From Clostridia bacterium (GTDB taxonomy: Bacteria; Bacillota; Clostridia; Christensenellales; CAG-138), in contig JAFWMS010000005.1 of assembly GCA_017545535.1 (NCBI GenBank), forward strand, positions 30,013 through 94,012: a stretch of DNA of 64,000 nt. The letters are read 5' to 3'. A model generated the notes under the pieces. That model did no database searches. It saw only the letters and a program-made list of their open reading frames with translations, and was not told the origin of the DNA. Below are positions 1-10,276 of the stretch, piece by piece. The stretch's first letter is position 1, and the number at the start of each line of letters is the position of its first letter. A program made the position numbers and the translations under genes.

Positions 1-1274
1 TACGCAAGAACATGTCGTCCATGAGTTTTCATAGATGGATCGACGTATTGGAACCCGTCACCATCCAAAACGGCATCCTGATCATCCAATGCCCGGACGG
101 GACCACCAAGTCTACCCTTACGGAGTACTACAAGGATACTCTGCGCATGGCAGCCAAGCAGGCCAACACTCAGATCGTGGACATCATGCTCATCCTGCCC
201 GATCAGCGGCGGGATTTCGACCATGACGAGCAGACCGCCACGCCCAGTATCTATGCCCTGAATCCGCGCTATACCTTCGACACCTTCGTGGTGGGCAACT
301 CCAACCGGTCCGCCCATGCCGCCGCCCAGGCGGTGGCCAAGGCTCCCGGCCGGGTCTACAATCCCCTCTCCCTCTACGGAGGTGTGGGATTGGGCAAGAC
401 CCACCTGATGCACGCCATCGGTCACGCCGTGAAACAAAACTTTCCCACGGCCCGGGTTCTCTATGTAACCAGCGAAACCTTCACCAACGAGCTTATCGAG
501 GCCATCCGCATGGGCAAGAACGCGGAGTTCCGCCATCGGTTTAGGAACGTGGATCTGCTTATGATCGACGACGTCCAGTTCATCGCCAACCGGCAATCCG
601 TTCAGGAAGAGTTTTTCAACACCTTCAACACCCTGCACAACGCAGGCAAGGGCATCGTCATCAGCTCCGACCGGCCGCCTCAGGAGATCGCAAATTTGGA
701 AGAACGAATCCGCTCCCGGCTGGTGGGGGGGTTGAGCGTGGATATCCAGGAGCCGGACGTGGAGACCCGTATTGCTATCCTGCGGAACAAGGCACAGCAG
801 GAGGGCCGAACGGTGGACGACGCCATCATCCAGTTCATTGCCGAGCACGTGCCCAACAACATTCGCCAGCTGGAGGGCAGTCTCACCAAAGTTTTCTTCT
901 ATTCTAATTTAAAGGAAGAGCCCATCACCATGGCCCTGGCCCGGGAAGCCCTGAAGGACCTGCTGCCCGAGGACAAGAAGGTGGACGTGACCCCCACCCG
1001 GATCAAGGAGATCGTGGCGGATTACTACCACATCACCCTCCAAAGCCTCATGTCCCAGCGTCGGGACAAGGAGGTGGTGGTACCTCGGCAGATCGCCATG
1101 TACCTGTGCCACGACATGCTCTCCCTCCCCTACAAGCGGATCGCCCTGTTGTTCGACCGCACGGACCACACCACCGCCATATCTGCCTGCGGTCGAATCG
1201 AGGCCATGATGAAGGAAGACACTGAGTTCAAGCGGAACCTGGAGGATATCCGCAAGAAGATTGCCGAAGGGTAA
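1..1274 (+). CDS. dnaA: Chromosomal replication initiator DnaA (probably 5'-truncated by the window edge)
   Basis: LNPRYTFDTFVVG, Walker A GGVGLGKTHL, Walker B LLMIDDVQF, domain IV PRQIAMYL and DHTT. The frame is open upstream of ATG 12 and the first residues look internal to domain I. Confidence 0.99.
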   Translation, partial: RKNMSSMSFHRWIDVLEPVTIQNGILIIQCPDGTTKSTLTEYYKDTLRMAAKQANTQIVDIMLILPDQRRDFDHDEQTATPSIYALNPRYTFDTFVVGNSNRSAHAAAQAVAKAPGRVYNPLSLYGGVGLGKTHLMHAIGHAVKQNFPTARVLYVTSETFTNELIEAIRMGKNAEFRHRFRNVDLLMIDDVQFIANRQSVQEEFFNTFNTLHNAGKGIVISSDRPPQEIANLEERIRSRLVGGLSVDIQEPDVETRIAILRNKAQQEGRTVDDAIIQFIAEHVPNNIRQLEGSLTKVFFYSNLKEEPITMALAREALKDLLPEDKKVDVTPTRIKEIVADYYHITLQSLMSQRRDKEVVVPRQIAMYLCHDMLSLPYKRIALLFDRTDHTTAISACGRIEAMMKEDTEFKRNLEDIRKKIAEG

Positions 1275-1520
1275 AGAGCCACAAAAGAGGGACGGCGGTG
1301 CCCATCCACCGTGGTGGATATCCGGTGGATGAAATGAGTGGAAACCATGGACAGCGGGGACAAGACGAGCATCCCATCCTCTTTTCCACAGGCCGCCCAC
1401 AGCCCTTTCCACAGGCTTTTTCCCCGGACTGCGGCCTTTTTCTCCCCTTATCCCCGGGCACCACACCCCCTACTAAAACTACTACTATAAAAATATAAAT
1501 ACTCTCCCCCGTCAAATTTT
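1275..1520. other. Replication origin oriC (dnaA-dnaN intergenic part)
   Basis: DnaA-box-like 9-mers: TTTTCCACA 1382-1390, CTTTCCACA 1405-1413, TTATCCCCG 1448-1456, and reverse boxes 1313-1321 and 1324-1332. Then a C-run, the trio tract CTACTAAAACTACTACTA (1470-1487) and an AT-rich stretch, matching the B. subtilis basal unwinding layout. Confidence 0.88.
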
Positions 1521-1550
1521 TACCATCTTGTAAAAATGGGACGTCAGGGG

Positions 1551-1579
1551 TTGAGAAACCCCACGGACCGTGCTATCCT
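1551..1579 (+). promoter_or_regulatory. Putative sigma-A promoter of dnaN
   Basis: TTGAGA-17 bp-TATCCT with extended -10 TG, followed by SD GAGAGGT. Confidence 0.5.
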
Positions 1580-1601
1580 GACATAAAGAGAGGTCAAATA
1601 T

Positions 1602-2699
1602 ATGAGATTTTGTGTAGATTCAAAAGTTTTGAACGACGGCATCCTGTCCGTGAGCAAGGCGTTGCCCGTACGCTCCACAATGCCCGTGCTGGACGGCATC
1701 CAGATCATGGCGGATGCGGCGGGCGTTTTACTGCGCTGCTCCGATCTGACGCTCCAAAAGGAGTATCGGCTCCCCGCCACCGTGGAGGAGGAGGGCGAAT
1801 GTGTCATCCGCGGCCGCATCTTTTCCGACATCGTCCGCAAGCTCCCCGAGGAGAGCGCTTTCTTCTCCATGGACGGGCGCACGCTGACCATCCGCTGCGG
1901 ACGGACGGTGAACCAGCTTCAGTGCATGGAGTATGACGAGTATCCTCAGATGAGCTTCGACGGGGACGATCAGTTCACCATCACCTTCGATAGGGACAAG
2001 GCAAAGAAGACCATCGAGCATACCTCCTTTGCCGTGGCTCAGGACGACAGCCGTCCCATGCTGGCCGGCGTGTTGCTGGAATGCGAGGGAAAAAATCTAT
2101 CCATGGTGGCCACGGACTCCTATCAGTTCGCCAAAAACACCATGGTCATCGAGGAGGAAGCTCCCTCCAAGCGGGTGGTCCTCCCCGGCAAGACCATTAA
2201 CGAGATCGCCCGCATGATGGAGGAAGGGGAAGGCAAAGCTTCCCTCACCTTCTCCCGGACCCACATGAAGGCGGATATGGGCAGCACCATTCTCATTTCT
2301 CGCCTCATCGACAGCGATTATATCGACTACAAGCGCATCCTGCCCAAGGACTGCAGGACCCGGGTTTTAGTGGATAAGGATTCTCTTATGGAGAGTGTGG
2401 ATCGGGCGCAGCTGGTTTCCCGGGAAGGGAACAACAGCGTCCTCTTTAAGATTGGTTCCGAAGCCGTGGCCATCAAAGCGGAAAGCATCATCGGCAAGGT
2501 GGAGGACGAGCTTCCCGCCCAGGTCATGGGCGACGGACTGGATATCGCTTTCAATCCCCGATTCATGCTGAACGTGCTTAAAAACATGGAGGACGATAAG
2601 GTATATTTGGAGTGCAACAGCCCCATCAATCCCTGCGTGATCCGGCCGGTGAACGGAGAGGATTACTTCTATCTCATCGTTCCCATGCGGATATTCTGA
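1602..2699 (+). CDS. dnaN: DNA polymerase III beta sliding clamp
   Basis: 365 aa directly after dnaA; SRPMLAGV, MVATDSY, IAFNPRF and C-terminal LIVPMR motifs. Confidence 0.98.
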   Translation: MRFCVDSKVLNDGILSVSKALPVRSTMPVLDGIQIMADAAGVLLRCSDLTLQKEYRLPATVEEEGECVIRGRIFSDIVRKLPEESAFFSMDGRTLTIRCGRTVNQLQCMEYDEYPQMSFDGDDQFTITFDRDKAKKTIEHTSFAVAQDDSRPMLAGVLLECEGKNLSMVATDSYQFAKNTMVIEEEAPSKRVVLPGKTINEIARMMEEGEGKASLTFSRTHMKADMGSTILISRLIDSDYIDYKRILPKDCRTRVLVDKDSLMESVDRAQLVSREGNNSVLFKIGSEAVAIKAESIIGKVEDELPAQVMGDGLDIAFNPRFMLNVLKNMEDDKVYLECNSPINPCVIRPVNGEDYFYLIVPMRIF

Positions 2700-2701
2700 A
2701 C

Positions 2702-5242
2702 ATGAAGCGACTAAAAAGGATATGCATACTTTTGCTCACGGTATTGCTGCTCGCGGCCAATACCGTGTTTTCTGTGGCCGAGGGAGAGGAAGAAGCGGTG
2801 GACATGCGGGAGGTGTTGACTCTCTCCGATGAAAAGCACGCTGCCCATACCGCTCGGCTGACGGACGGCTTCTTCAACAGCCGGGTGAGCTATGCATCCG
2901 GCGAGTCGGTGAGCGTGTACGCCGCCATCGATATAGGGTATGCGTACGTCGCCTGGAACATCCTGCCCGCCGGCGTGAAGATCGCCTGGCTCGACGCTGA
3001 CAAAAAGGAAATTTCCAGCCAAGACCACGTGCCCGTTCAGTATTCCGAGATCATTCCCGTGCCCCAATCCGGGGTCCGTGGCTTCATGATCTATTTTCAA
3101 AACGAGGGCTCCGTCAGCGAGCTTTCCGCCTATACCACCGGAGAACTACCCCGGGAACTGCCTCAATTCAAGGCGCCGGAGAAGAACCCCGCCGTCATGC
3201 TGGTCTGCGGGTATCCCGGAGAGGAGCTGTCCTGCTTCGGCGGGCTGCTCCCCACGCTGATAGGAAAGGGCGTGCCCGTACAGCTGGTGTACCTGAATCC
3301 CTATAACAGGGCCCGGCAGGAGGAGTGCTTCCTGACCCTGTGGAAGATGGGGCTCACCTACGCGCCCATCTTTTTGGAGACCACCGGAAAGCGGTCTCTG
3401 GACGCGGAGGTGCTCAAATCCACCTGGGAACACAACGGAAACGTGTCCCGGGAGCTGTTGAACGTTATCGAAACCTATCGTCCCTCGGTTGTCGTAAGTT
3501 ATGGGAAGGATAAAATTCATCCCCTTATGGCGCAGAACGAGGTGGCTTACTCCGTCCTGACCGGCATCTATAGCCACATCAAAGGCAACGCCTGGCTGAA
3601 AAAAATCTATTTTGTCGTAAACAGCGACAACAAGAAGGGGGAAAAGTACGACTTTTCCGCAGGGTATGCCCAGGCGGCGGAACTGTATGAAGAAGGATAC
3701 GCTTCCTGGCGCACCTTTCACTACGTTCCCTACGCAGACGACACCTATGTTCTTTACCACACCGGTGTGGGAAAGGATACGAAGGGAGATATGCTGGAGG
3801 GCGTCTCCTTCGAGGCTTTGAGCACCCCCGTGCCCACGGCTGCGCCCACCCCGGAACCTACGGAGGAGCCTACGCCCACGCCGACAGAGGAACCGACAGC
3901 CACCCCCACGGCGGAACCTACGGCTACGCCGACCCTGGTGCCCTCCACGGAAGCGCCCGTCATCGGGGCGGCGGTCGTAGACATGTCCACGCCAGTACCC
4001 ACGCCCATGCCGCGTCTGGCAGAAACGAGAACGGTGCTGTTGCCCGTCCTGCTTTCTATGGCGCTGGCGGCGATGCTGTTCGTGGCCATGGTGCTGTTGA
4101 AGAGGCTGCTCAAAACCCGGCTGCCGGTGTTCGTAGGCATCCTAGTGCCTATCCTGGCCGGGACGATCCTCTGCTTCGGGCTGTATCGGGCGGCGTCCGT
4201 CAATGAACGGCAGGCCGCGGCGGCGGAGCGTTTTGACGCCATATTGGCGGAGGCGGCGACCCGGACGCCGGTGCCGACCTTTACCCCGACGCCTACGGAT
4301 ACGCCGGCGCCCACGGATACGCCCACCCCGGCGCCTACGGATACGCCGGAACCCACGCCGATGCCTACGGAGGAGCCCACGCCGGAGCCTACGTCCACTC
4401 CGAACCCGGAAGATGTTTGGTACAGCGACACGGAGATCGTGGAGGCGAGCCCGGAATTTGGCAAGTGGTCCTATAAGAACAAGACCCTTTCCATCACGAT
4501 CAATGAGTTGACAGGCACCTGCGCCTACGGCAAGAGTACCCTGGACTTCCCCTACTATGTGGCGGAAATCCGCATGCGGGCAGACGAGTTCAGGACCGGC
4601 TTCGGTCACGAGAGCCGCAACGGTATGACCTCGGCAGACGCCAAACAGATTGCCCGTCGGTATAAGGCGGTGCTTATGGTCACCGGCGACAATATTCGGA
4701 ACATGGATATCGAAAAGAAGGGCGTGTTGATCCGAGACGGATATCTGTACAACGGCGGTAAGAAGGCGGACGTGATGGCGTGGCGGTCGGAATACATGTC
4801 CATCGATCTTATTCCCAAGGAGAACATCGTTTCTGCCCAGGATTTGATGGAGCAGGGCGTAGAAAACTCCATTTCCTTCGGGCCGTCTCTGATTTTGAAC
4901 GGGGAAAGGGCCACAGATAAGGTGTTGGAAAAGCATTGGTTATATAAGACGAACCCCCGGGTGGGAATCGGTATGGTGGAACCGGGGCACTTCATCGTGG
5001 TGGTCGGAGGATATCGGAGCGACAACCCCAAGGCGAATCTTGGCTGGAATTTGATAGAGTTTGCAGATTTGATGGTGTCGCTTGGCTGCCGACAGGCCTA
5101 TAACGTGGACGGCGGCGTATCCGCCTGCATGATTTTTATGGGCGAACGACTGAACCGGGGCGGCAATAAGAAGGACTGGAGCGCTCTTCGCAACCTGCCC
5201 GATGGCATCATCTTTGGATATTCCGAAAACGTGCCGGATTGA
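2702..5242 (+). CDS. Membrane-anchored surface protein: degenerate PIG-L-like domain, Pro/Thr linker, TM hairpin, Pro/Thr linker, phosphodiester glycosidase (NAGPA-like) domain
   Basis: Signal peptide from ATG 2702, 2 nt after the dnaN stop. GYPGEE in place of HPDDE; two TM helices; NPRVGIGMVEPGHF and AYNVDGGVS motifs. Same architecture as 54530..57076. Confidence 0.8.
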   Translation: MKRLKRICILLLTVLLLAANTVFSVAEGEEEAVDMREVLTLSDEKHAAHTARLTDGFFNSRVSYASGESVSVYAAIDIGYAYVAWNILPAGVKIAWLDADKKEISSQDHVPVQYSEIIPVPQSGVRGFMIYFQNEGSVSELSAYTTGELPRELPQFKAPEKNPAVMLVCGYPGEELSCFGGLLPTLIGKGVPVQLVYLNPYNRARQEECFLTLWKMGLTYAPIFLETTGKRSLDAEVLKSTWEHNGNVSRELLNVIETYRPSVVVSYGKDKIHPLMAQNEVAYSVLTGIYSHIKGNAWLKKIYFVVNSDNKKGEKYDFSAGYAQAAELYEEGYASWRTFHYVPYADDTYVLYHTGVGKDTKGDMLEGVSFEALSTPVPTAAPTPEPTEEPTPTPTEEPTATPTAEPTATPTLVPSTEAPVIGAAVVDMSTPVPTPMPRLAETRTVLLPVLLSMALAAMLFVAMVLLKRLLKTRLPVFVGILVPILAGTILCFGLYRAASVNERQAAAAERFDAILAEAATRTPVPTFTPTPTDTPAPTDTPTPAPTDTPEPTPMPTEEPTPEPTSTPNPEDVWYSDTEIVEASPEFGKWSYKNKTLSITINELTGTCAYGKSTLDFPYYVAEIRMRADEFRTGFGHESRNGMTSADAKQIARRYKAVLMVTGDNIRNMDIEKKGVLIRDGYLYNGGKKADVMAWRSEYMSIDLIPKENIVSAQDLMEQGVENSISFGPSLILNGERATDKVLEKHWLYKTNPRVGIGMVEPGHFIVVVGGYRSDNPKANLGWNLIEFADLMVSLGCRQAYNVDGGVSACMIFMGERLNRGGNKKDWSALRNLPDGIIFGYSENVPD

Positions 5243-5252
5243 GACGTGATCA

Positions 5253-5342
5253 TTACAGAAGGATATTTCAAGGGCTTGTCTTCTGCTTTTCGCAGAAAAC
5301 AAGCCCTTTTCCTTACATTCGCTCTTTTTGATCAAAAGAAGC
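5253..5342. repeat. Partial copy of intergenic multi-hairpin repeat; probable bidirectional terminator
   Basis: TTACAGAAGGATAT-hairpin-TCCTTACATTCGCTCTTTTT aligns with 33101-33160; lies between convergent genes. Confidence 0.55.
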
Positions 5343-5963
5343 TTATGCCTCTATCATTACGCCCAGCTCCCTGAGCTCCCGCCGGAGCCGCGGCATGTCC
5401 CCACGGAAGACCAGGGCCCAAAAGCCCAGCCGCCGGGCGGCCTCCACGTTCATGGCGTTGTCGTCGATAAAGACGCATGCGGCGGGGTCAAGCCCGAATT
5501 TCTCCAGGAACAGCTCGTAGATCTCATGCTGGGGTTTCAGCAGCCGATAGTCCGAGGACACGAGCCGGCGCTCCTTCGGCAGATACTCACTGCCGGGGAT
5601 CAAATCGAAGTAGGTGTGGAAGTCCTGGGACGCGTTGGAGAGCACGTACAAATCGTACCCCTTGCTGTGGAGCTCTTGCACCAATTCTTTGGCTCCGGGA
5701 ACGGGCAGGATATCCTTCCACCAGTGGAAAACCAGCTCCCGCGCCGCCGGGTGCAGCCGCTCCGGAAGCCGCGAACAGGCGCTGTCCACCACGTCCTGTC
5801 CGGTCACGTCCCCCCGGTCGAAGGCTATCCACTCCCAGCCCTTGAACACCTCCTGCAGCAGCGCTTCTGCGTCCTCGCCGGTGTACCCGAGCCGGGCGAT
5901 AAACTTCATGGGGGCAAACTCCATCAGAACCTGCCCCATGTCGAAGACGATGTTCGGCTTCAT
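5343..5963 (-). CDS. HAD-family phosphatase
   Basis: FDMGQVL motif I, LSN, KP and FIDD motifs; overlaps the permease stop. Confidence 0.92.
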   Translation of the reverse strand: MKPNIVFDMGQVLMEFAPMKFIARLGYTGEDAEALLQEVFKGWEWIAFDRGDVTGQDVVDSACSRLPERLHPAARELVFHWWKDILPVPGAKELVQELHSKGYDLYVLSNASQDFHTYFDLIPGSEYLPKERRLVSSDYRLLKPQHEIYELFLEKFGLDPAACVFIDDNAMNVEAARRLGFWALVFRGDMPRLRRELRELGVMIEA

Positions 5964-7849
5964 ACGTTCAGGCCCTTTTTGCTCTTGCCCGTGAGCCTGT
6001 CAAGCCGATCCCTCCACCGCTTCTTGGCCTCCAGCCGCTCGCCCAGATCCCGGGCGCCCACGCCGTAGACCAGATACAGGATCAACCCGGACACGATCAT
6101 GATGAACACCGTGCTGGCGCAGCGGCGGCCCAAAGCGTTCATGTTGGCGCCGCGGGTGGCGTCGGCCAGCATGCCCTGGATGACCATGGCGTAGGTGATG
6201 CCGTTGGGGCTCTGGAAGGTGGCGGACATATCATACTCCGTGAACAGGGCGTTGAAGTTCAGCGCGAATACGGCGAGCACGCTGGGCAGGATGATGGGCA
6301 GCTTCACCTGCAGGAAGGTCCTTAGCCCGCTGGAGCCCAGGTTCCTGGCCGCGTCCTCCAGCTCCTCATCGATGGCGTAGAAGGCGGCCTTGATCATGCG
6401 CAGGGAGAACGGTAACTTGACCACCGTGTAGGCCAGTATGATCAATATCCGCACATACTTGCCGAAGTACAGGTTCTGGTTTCCCACGTACCAGACGGCG
6501 TCCGAATTGAAGTAGGTCCTGAAGGAATAGCAGATGAGGATCGTGGGCAGCAGCCAGGGGAACAGCAGCGCGTATTCCACGACGGCGCTCATCTTCTTGC
6601 CCTTCTTTTTGAAGATATAGTTGCAGGCCACGATGACGATGATGCAGGCGAGAGCCGCCGCCACCGCCGACAGCAGGAAGCTCAGCTTGATGCCGCTCAA
6701 CGTCTTCTCGTTGGAGAACACGCCGGAGATGGCGCCCACCACGGTCTTCTCCCGGCCCCGGTCGTTGGTGTAGGTGTAGTCCGCCTTGCCGATGAAGTTG
6801 ATCAGCGTCCACTCGTGCAGGTTCAGCCGCCGCTCCTTGATGGCTGTGTAGCTCTGGAAGGAGAACACGATGATCATCACCACGGGGGTCATGTAGATGA
6901 TGAAGAGGATATAGGCGTAGATGTGGGCCAGCACGTTGGCCAGGGGGCTGTTGATTTTCTGCTTCTGGAGCTTGGCCTTGGTCTTGCTGACGGACAGGTA
7001 GTGTCCCTTGCGCTCGTAAGCGGAGAGGACGGTGAGCAGCACGATGGTGAACAAGGCCAGGATGATGGACAGCAGCGCCGCCCGGGCCTGGGGGAAGGAT
7101 TCATCCGCCGTGGTGGACCCGGCCAAGCGCACGATCTCCGGGTTGATGGAGTCATACCCCAGCAGGGTTGGTGCGGACATGGCGCAAAGGCCCGTGATGA
7201 AGGTCATGACCGTCAGGGAGAACAAGGTGGGGATCAGGGTGGGGAACACCACCTTCCACAGCACTTTGAAGGGGTTGGCGCCCATGTTTCGGGCCGCTTC
7301 CACGGTGTTGTAGTCGATGCCCCGGATGGCGTTGCGCAGGAACAGCATGTGGTTGCTGGTACAGGCGAAGGTCATGGTGAAGAGCACCGCGTTGAAGCCT
7401 GAGAACCAGTTGGGGTTGAAGTTCGGGAAAGCGTTTTTGATCACCGAGGTGAGCATGCCGTCCCCGGCGTAGAGGAACATGTAGCCTGTGACCAGGGCCA
7501 CGCCGGAGTAGATCATGGTGGTCATGTATCCCATGCGCAGGATCTTGGCGCCCTTGATGTCGAAGTACTCCGTCAGCAGCACCAAAGAGATGCCCACCAC
7601 GTTCACCGTGATCACCAGGCAGATGGCCAGCTTCAGGGAGTTCCACACGAATCGGGGCATGCTGCCCGCCAGGAAGAACCGGATCACCTTCAGGGGATCC
7701 CGGACGCCGTTGGTCCGCTCGTTGAAGATGCTGGTCAGGGTGTTGAGACAGGGGACCAGCATGAACCCGAAGAAGAAGTAGGCGAACAGGATCAGCAAGA
7801 TGATCCTGAGCACCAGCTCCGGGGTGAAGCGTCGTTTATTGCCGTTCAT
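5960..7849 (-). CDS. ABC transporter permease (AfuB/FbpB-type, duplicated)
   Basis: Many TM segments; two EAA loops (EAARNMGA, EDAARNLGS). Confidence 0.93.
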   Translation of the reverse strand: MNGNKRRFTPELVLRIILLILFAYFFFGFMLVPCLNTLTSIFNERTNGVRDPLKVIRFFLAGSMPRFVWNSLKLAICLVITVNVVGISLVLLTEYFDIKGAKILRMGYMTTMIYSGVALVTGYMFLYAGDGMLTSVIKNAFPNFNPNWFSGFNAVLFTMTFACTSNHMLFLRNAIRGIDYNTVEAARNMGANPFKVLWKVVFPTLIPTLFSLTVMTFITGLCAMSAPTLLGYDSINPEIVRLAGSTTADESFPQARAALLSIILALFTIVLLTVLSAYERKGHYLSVSKTKAKLQKQKINSPLANVLAHIYAYILFIIYMTPVVMIIVFSFQSYTAIKERRLNLHEWTLINFIGKADYTYTNDRGREKTVVGAISGVFSNEKTLSGIKLSFLLSAVAAALACIIVIVACNYIFKKKGKKMSAVVEYALLFPWLLPTILICYSFRTYFNSDAVWYVGNQNLYFGKYVRILIILAYTVVKLPFSLRMIKAAFYAIDEELEDAARNLGSSGLRTFLQVKLPIILPSVLAVFALNFNALFTEYDMSATFQSPNGITYAMVIQGMLADATRGANMNALGRRCASTVFIMIVSGLILYLVYGVGARDLGERLEAKKRWRDRLDRLTGKSKKGLNV

Positions 7850-7850
7850 C

Positions 7851-8876
7851 TCATGCCTCCTCCTTGGCTTCGTAGGCCATGATATCCCGGGGATTCAGCA
7901 GAACGGTCACCTCCTGACCGGGCTCGTAAATGTTCACGCCGTCGTTCTTTTCGATGACCTTCATGGTCTGGCCGTCCAAGGTGATATAATACTTGATGTA
8001 CAGGCCGTAATACTCCCGCATCTCCACCACGCCCTTCAAGGATACCTCCCCCTCCGCAGGGGTCTGGTTCACGTGGAGCCGCTCCAGACGGATGTAGTTG
8101 TGCTTGTTCGAATCCACATCGGCCCCGGCCGCCTTCAGTTCCTTCAAAACGCCCTCGCCCAGCCGGTTGATGTCGCCGATGAAGTTGCAGACGAACTCGG
8201 TCTGGGAGAAGTTGTAGACCTCGTTGGGGGTGCCGATCTGCTCGATGTAGCCCTTGTTGAACACGGCGATCCTATCGGACAGGGTCAGGGCCTCCTCCTG
8301 GTCGTGGGTCACGTAGATGGTGGTGATGCCGAAATCCTTCTGCATCTTCTTGAGTTCGTTGCGAAGCTGGACCCGGAGCTTGGCATCCAGGTTGGAGAGG
8401 GGCTCGTCCATGCAGATGATGGCGGGGTTGGTGACCAGGGCCCGGGCGATGGCCACACGCTGCTGCTGGCCGCCGGAGAGCTGGGACACGGCCTTTTGAA
8501 GCTGTTCGTCGGAGAGATCCACCTTTTTGGCGATCTCCCGGACCCGCTTATCGATCTCCGCCTTCTTGACCTTCTTCACCTTCAGGCCGAAGGCGATGTT
8601 GTCATAGACCGTCATGGTGGGGAAGAGCGCGTAGCTCTGGAACACGATGCCGATGTTGCGGTCCTCGATGGGCACATGGGTGATGTCTCGTCCCTTGACG
8701 AACACGCTGCCGGCCACGGGCTCGATAAAGCCGGTGATGGTCCGAAGCGTGGTGGTCTTGCCGCAGCCGGACGGCCCTAAAAAAGTGAAGAATTCGCCCT
8801 CCTTCACATGGACGTTGATGTCGTGCAGGGCGGTGAAGTCGCCGAATTTAACGACGATATCGTTGAGCTTGATCAT
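7851..8876 (-). CDS. ABC transporter ATP-binding protein (AfuC/FbpC/PotA-type)
   Basis: [34 protein letters not shown]. Confidence 0.97.
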   Translation of the reverse strand: MIKLNDIVVKFGDFTALHDINVHVKEGEFFTFLGPSGCGKTTTLRTITGFIEPVAGSVFVKGRDITHVPIEDRNIGIVFQSYALFPTMTVYDNIAFGLKVKKVKKAEIDKRVREIAKKVDLSDEQLQKAVSQLSGGQQQRVAIARALVTNPAIICMDEPLSNLDAKLRVQLRNELKKMQKDFGITTIYVTHDQEEALTLSDRIAVFNKGYIEQIGTPNEVYNFSQTEFVCNFIGDINRLGEGVLKELKAAGADVDSNKHNYIRLERLHVNQTPAEGEVSLKGVVEMREYYGLYIKYYITLDGQTMKVIEKNDGVNIYEPGQEVTVLLNPRDIMAYEAKEEA

Positions 8877-8911
8877 GCGCTGTTCCCCCTCATGTATCTG
8901 TTTTGAATAGG

Positions 8912-8942
8912 GATATGGCGAGCCGTTTCCGACTCGCCATAT
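8912..8942 (-). promoter_or_regulatory. Intercistronic stem-loop after the binding-protein gene (mRNA stabiliser or partial terminator)
   Basis: Inverted repeat ATATGGCGAG...CTCGCCATAT with no U-tract on the minus strand. Confidence 0.55.
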
Positions 8943-8962
8943 CTAAATGCTTTCCTGTTTGT

Positions 8963-10165
8963 TTAATCAGCCTTCTGCGTCAGCGTGGCCCAGTCCAGGG
9001 TGTCCCAAGCGGGCTCGGCGGGGGCGGCATTGGCGTCCTTCCAGTAGAAGCCCAGGTTGGTCATGATGTTGGTCCACTCGGCGGAGTGGGCGGCCACATA
9101 CTCGGCATAGGTCATCTCCGTGCCTTCGATCTTGTTGAGAGCGAAGTTGGGGATCTGGTAGATGGCGGGGATGCCATTGGGATAGAGCTCAGCGGCAGCC
9201 ACGGTGTTGCAGGGGAAGGAGTCGAACTCTTCGCCCCAGGCAGCCTGGACGGCAGCGGAACCGAACCACTCGGCAAAGGCCTTCACGGCTTCGGTCTCGG
9301 CATCGGTACGGCCAGCCTTGTCGAGGATGCCCAGATACTCAGCGATGTAGTAGGTACCGTCGGCCACGTCCACCAGCGCCCAGTTCTCGGGGTTCAGGGT
9401 GCCCTTCAGGGGGTGATCGCCAGCGGCGGTGTCGATGGAGCCGTACAGGGAGGAGGAGTAGTACTCGGACACGGCCACGTCACCCCGGTTCAAGGGATCA
9501 AAGCCGTACTTCCAGTCGTCGCCGCCGAACTTGCCCTCGGCGCAGAACTTCCACAGGGTCTTCCAGCCGTCCACGGTGATGCCGCCGGCGGGAGAGGCGG
9601 GATCCACGAAGGGATAGAGCATGGCGGAGTTGATGTTGGCGTTGGTGGTGCCGCCGACCTTGTTCTGGCGGTACCAGGTGTAACCGGAGTTCACCACGTC
9701 AGCCCAGTGATCGAAGTGGAGCTCCTGGCCGTTGGTGCCCAGCTCGTCGTTCCGATAGAGCATCAGAACGTTCTGGATGACGATGCCGTAGGCCTTGCCG
9801 TCATACTTGTACGCACCGACCTCGTCGGCCCAGGTGGGGGTCCAATCCATGACCTTCAGGTTCTCATACTGGCCGTTGACCAGCTGGCCCCAGCGGGTCT
9901 CGTTGAGACCGAAAATCAGATCGCCGTCCTTGTTCTCGTTGGCGGCCTGGATGGCAGCGGTGTCGCCGGAATAGACCTCGTTGGTGTCCAGGCTGATGGT
10001 GAAGCCGGCCTTCTTGGCCTCTTCGACGAGCCAGGTCACGCGCTCAGTGGAGTTGGAGTTGGAATAGATCCGGATGGTGTAGCCGGAATAATCCGCCGCG
10101 AAAGCCGCGGGAACCAGCGCGAACACCATGACCAGTGCCAGCATCAGTGCAAAAACTTTCTTCAT
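8963..10165 (-). CDS. ABC transporter substrate-binding protein (AfuA/FbpA-like)
   Basis: Signal peptide, SD AAGGAG, first gene of the ABC operon. Confidence 0.88.
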   Translation of the reverse strand: MKKVFALMLALVMVFALVPAAFAADYSGYTIRIYSNSNSTERVTWLVEEAKKAGFTISLDTNEVYSGDTAAIQAANENKDGDLIFGLNETRWGQLVNGQYENLKVMDWTPTWADEVGAYKYDGKAYGIVIQNVLMLYRNDELGTNGQELHFDHWADVVNSGYTWYRQNKVGGTTNANINSAMLYPFVDPASPAGGITVDGWKTLWKFCAEGKFGGDDWKYGFDPLNRGDVAVSEYYSSSLYGSIDTAAGDHPLKGTLNPENWALVDVADGTYYIAEYLGILDKAGRTDAETEAVKAFAEWFGSAAVQAAWGEEFDSFPCNTVAAAELYPNGIPAIYQIPNFALNKIEGTEMTYAEYVAAHSAEWTNIMTNLGFYWKDANAAPAEPAWDTLDWATLTQKAD

Positions 10166-10210
10166 GTTGCTTCTCCTTTGACTACGATTTGGGTATACGC
10201 CCTATCTGTT

Positions 10211-10239
10211 ATTATACTGTTTCTTTATTGGATAATCAA
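10211..10239 (-). promoter_or_regulatory. Sigma-A promoter of the ABC operon
   Basis: TTGATT-17 bp-TATAAT on the minus strand. Confidence 0.7.
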
Positions 10240-10276
10240 GCAGATTATGGCCAAATCATGAAAAAACAGCGCTTGC

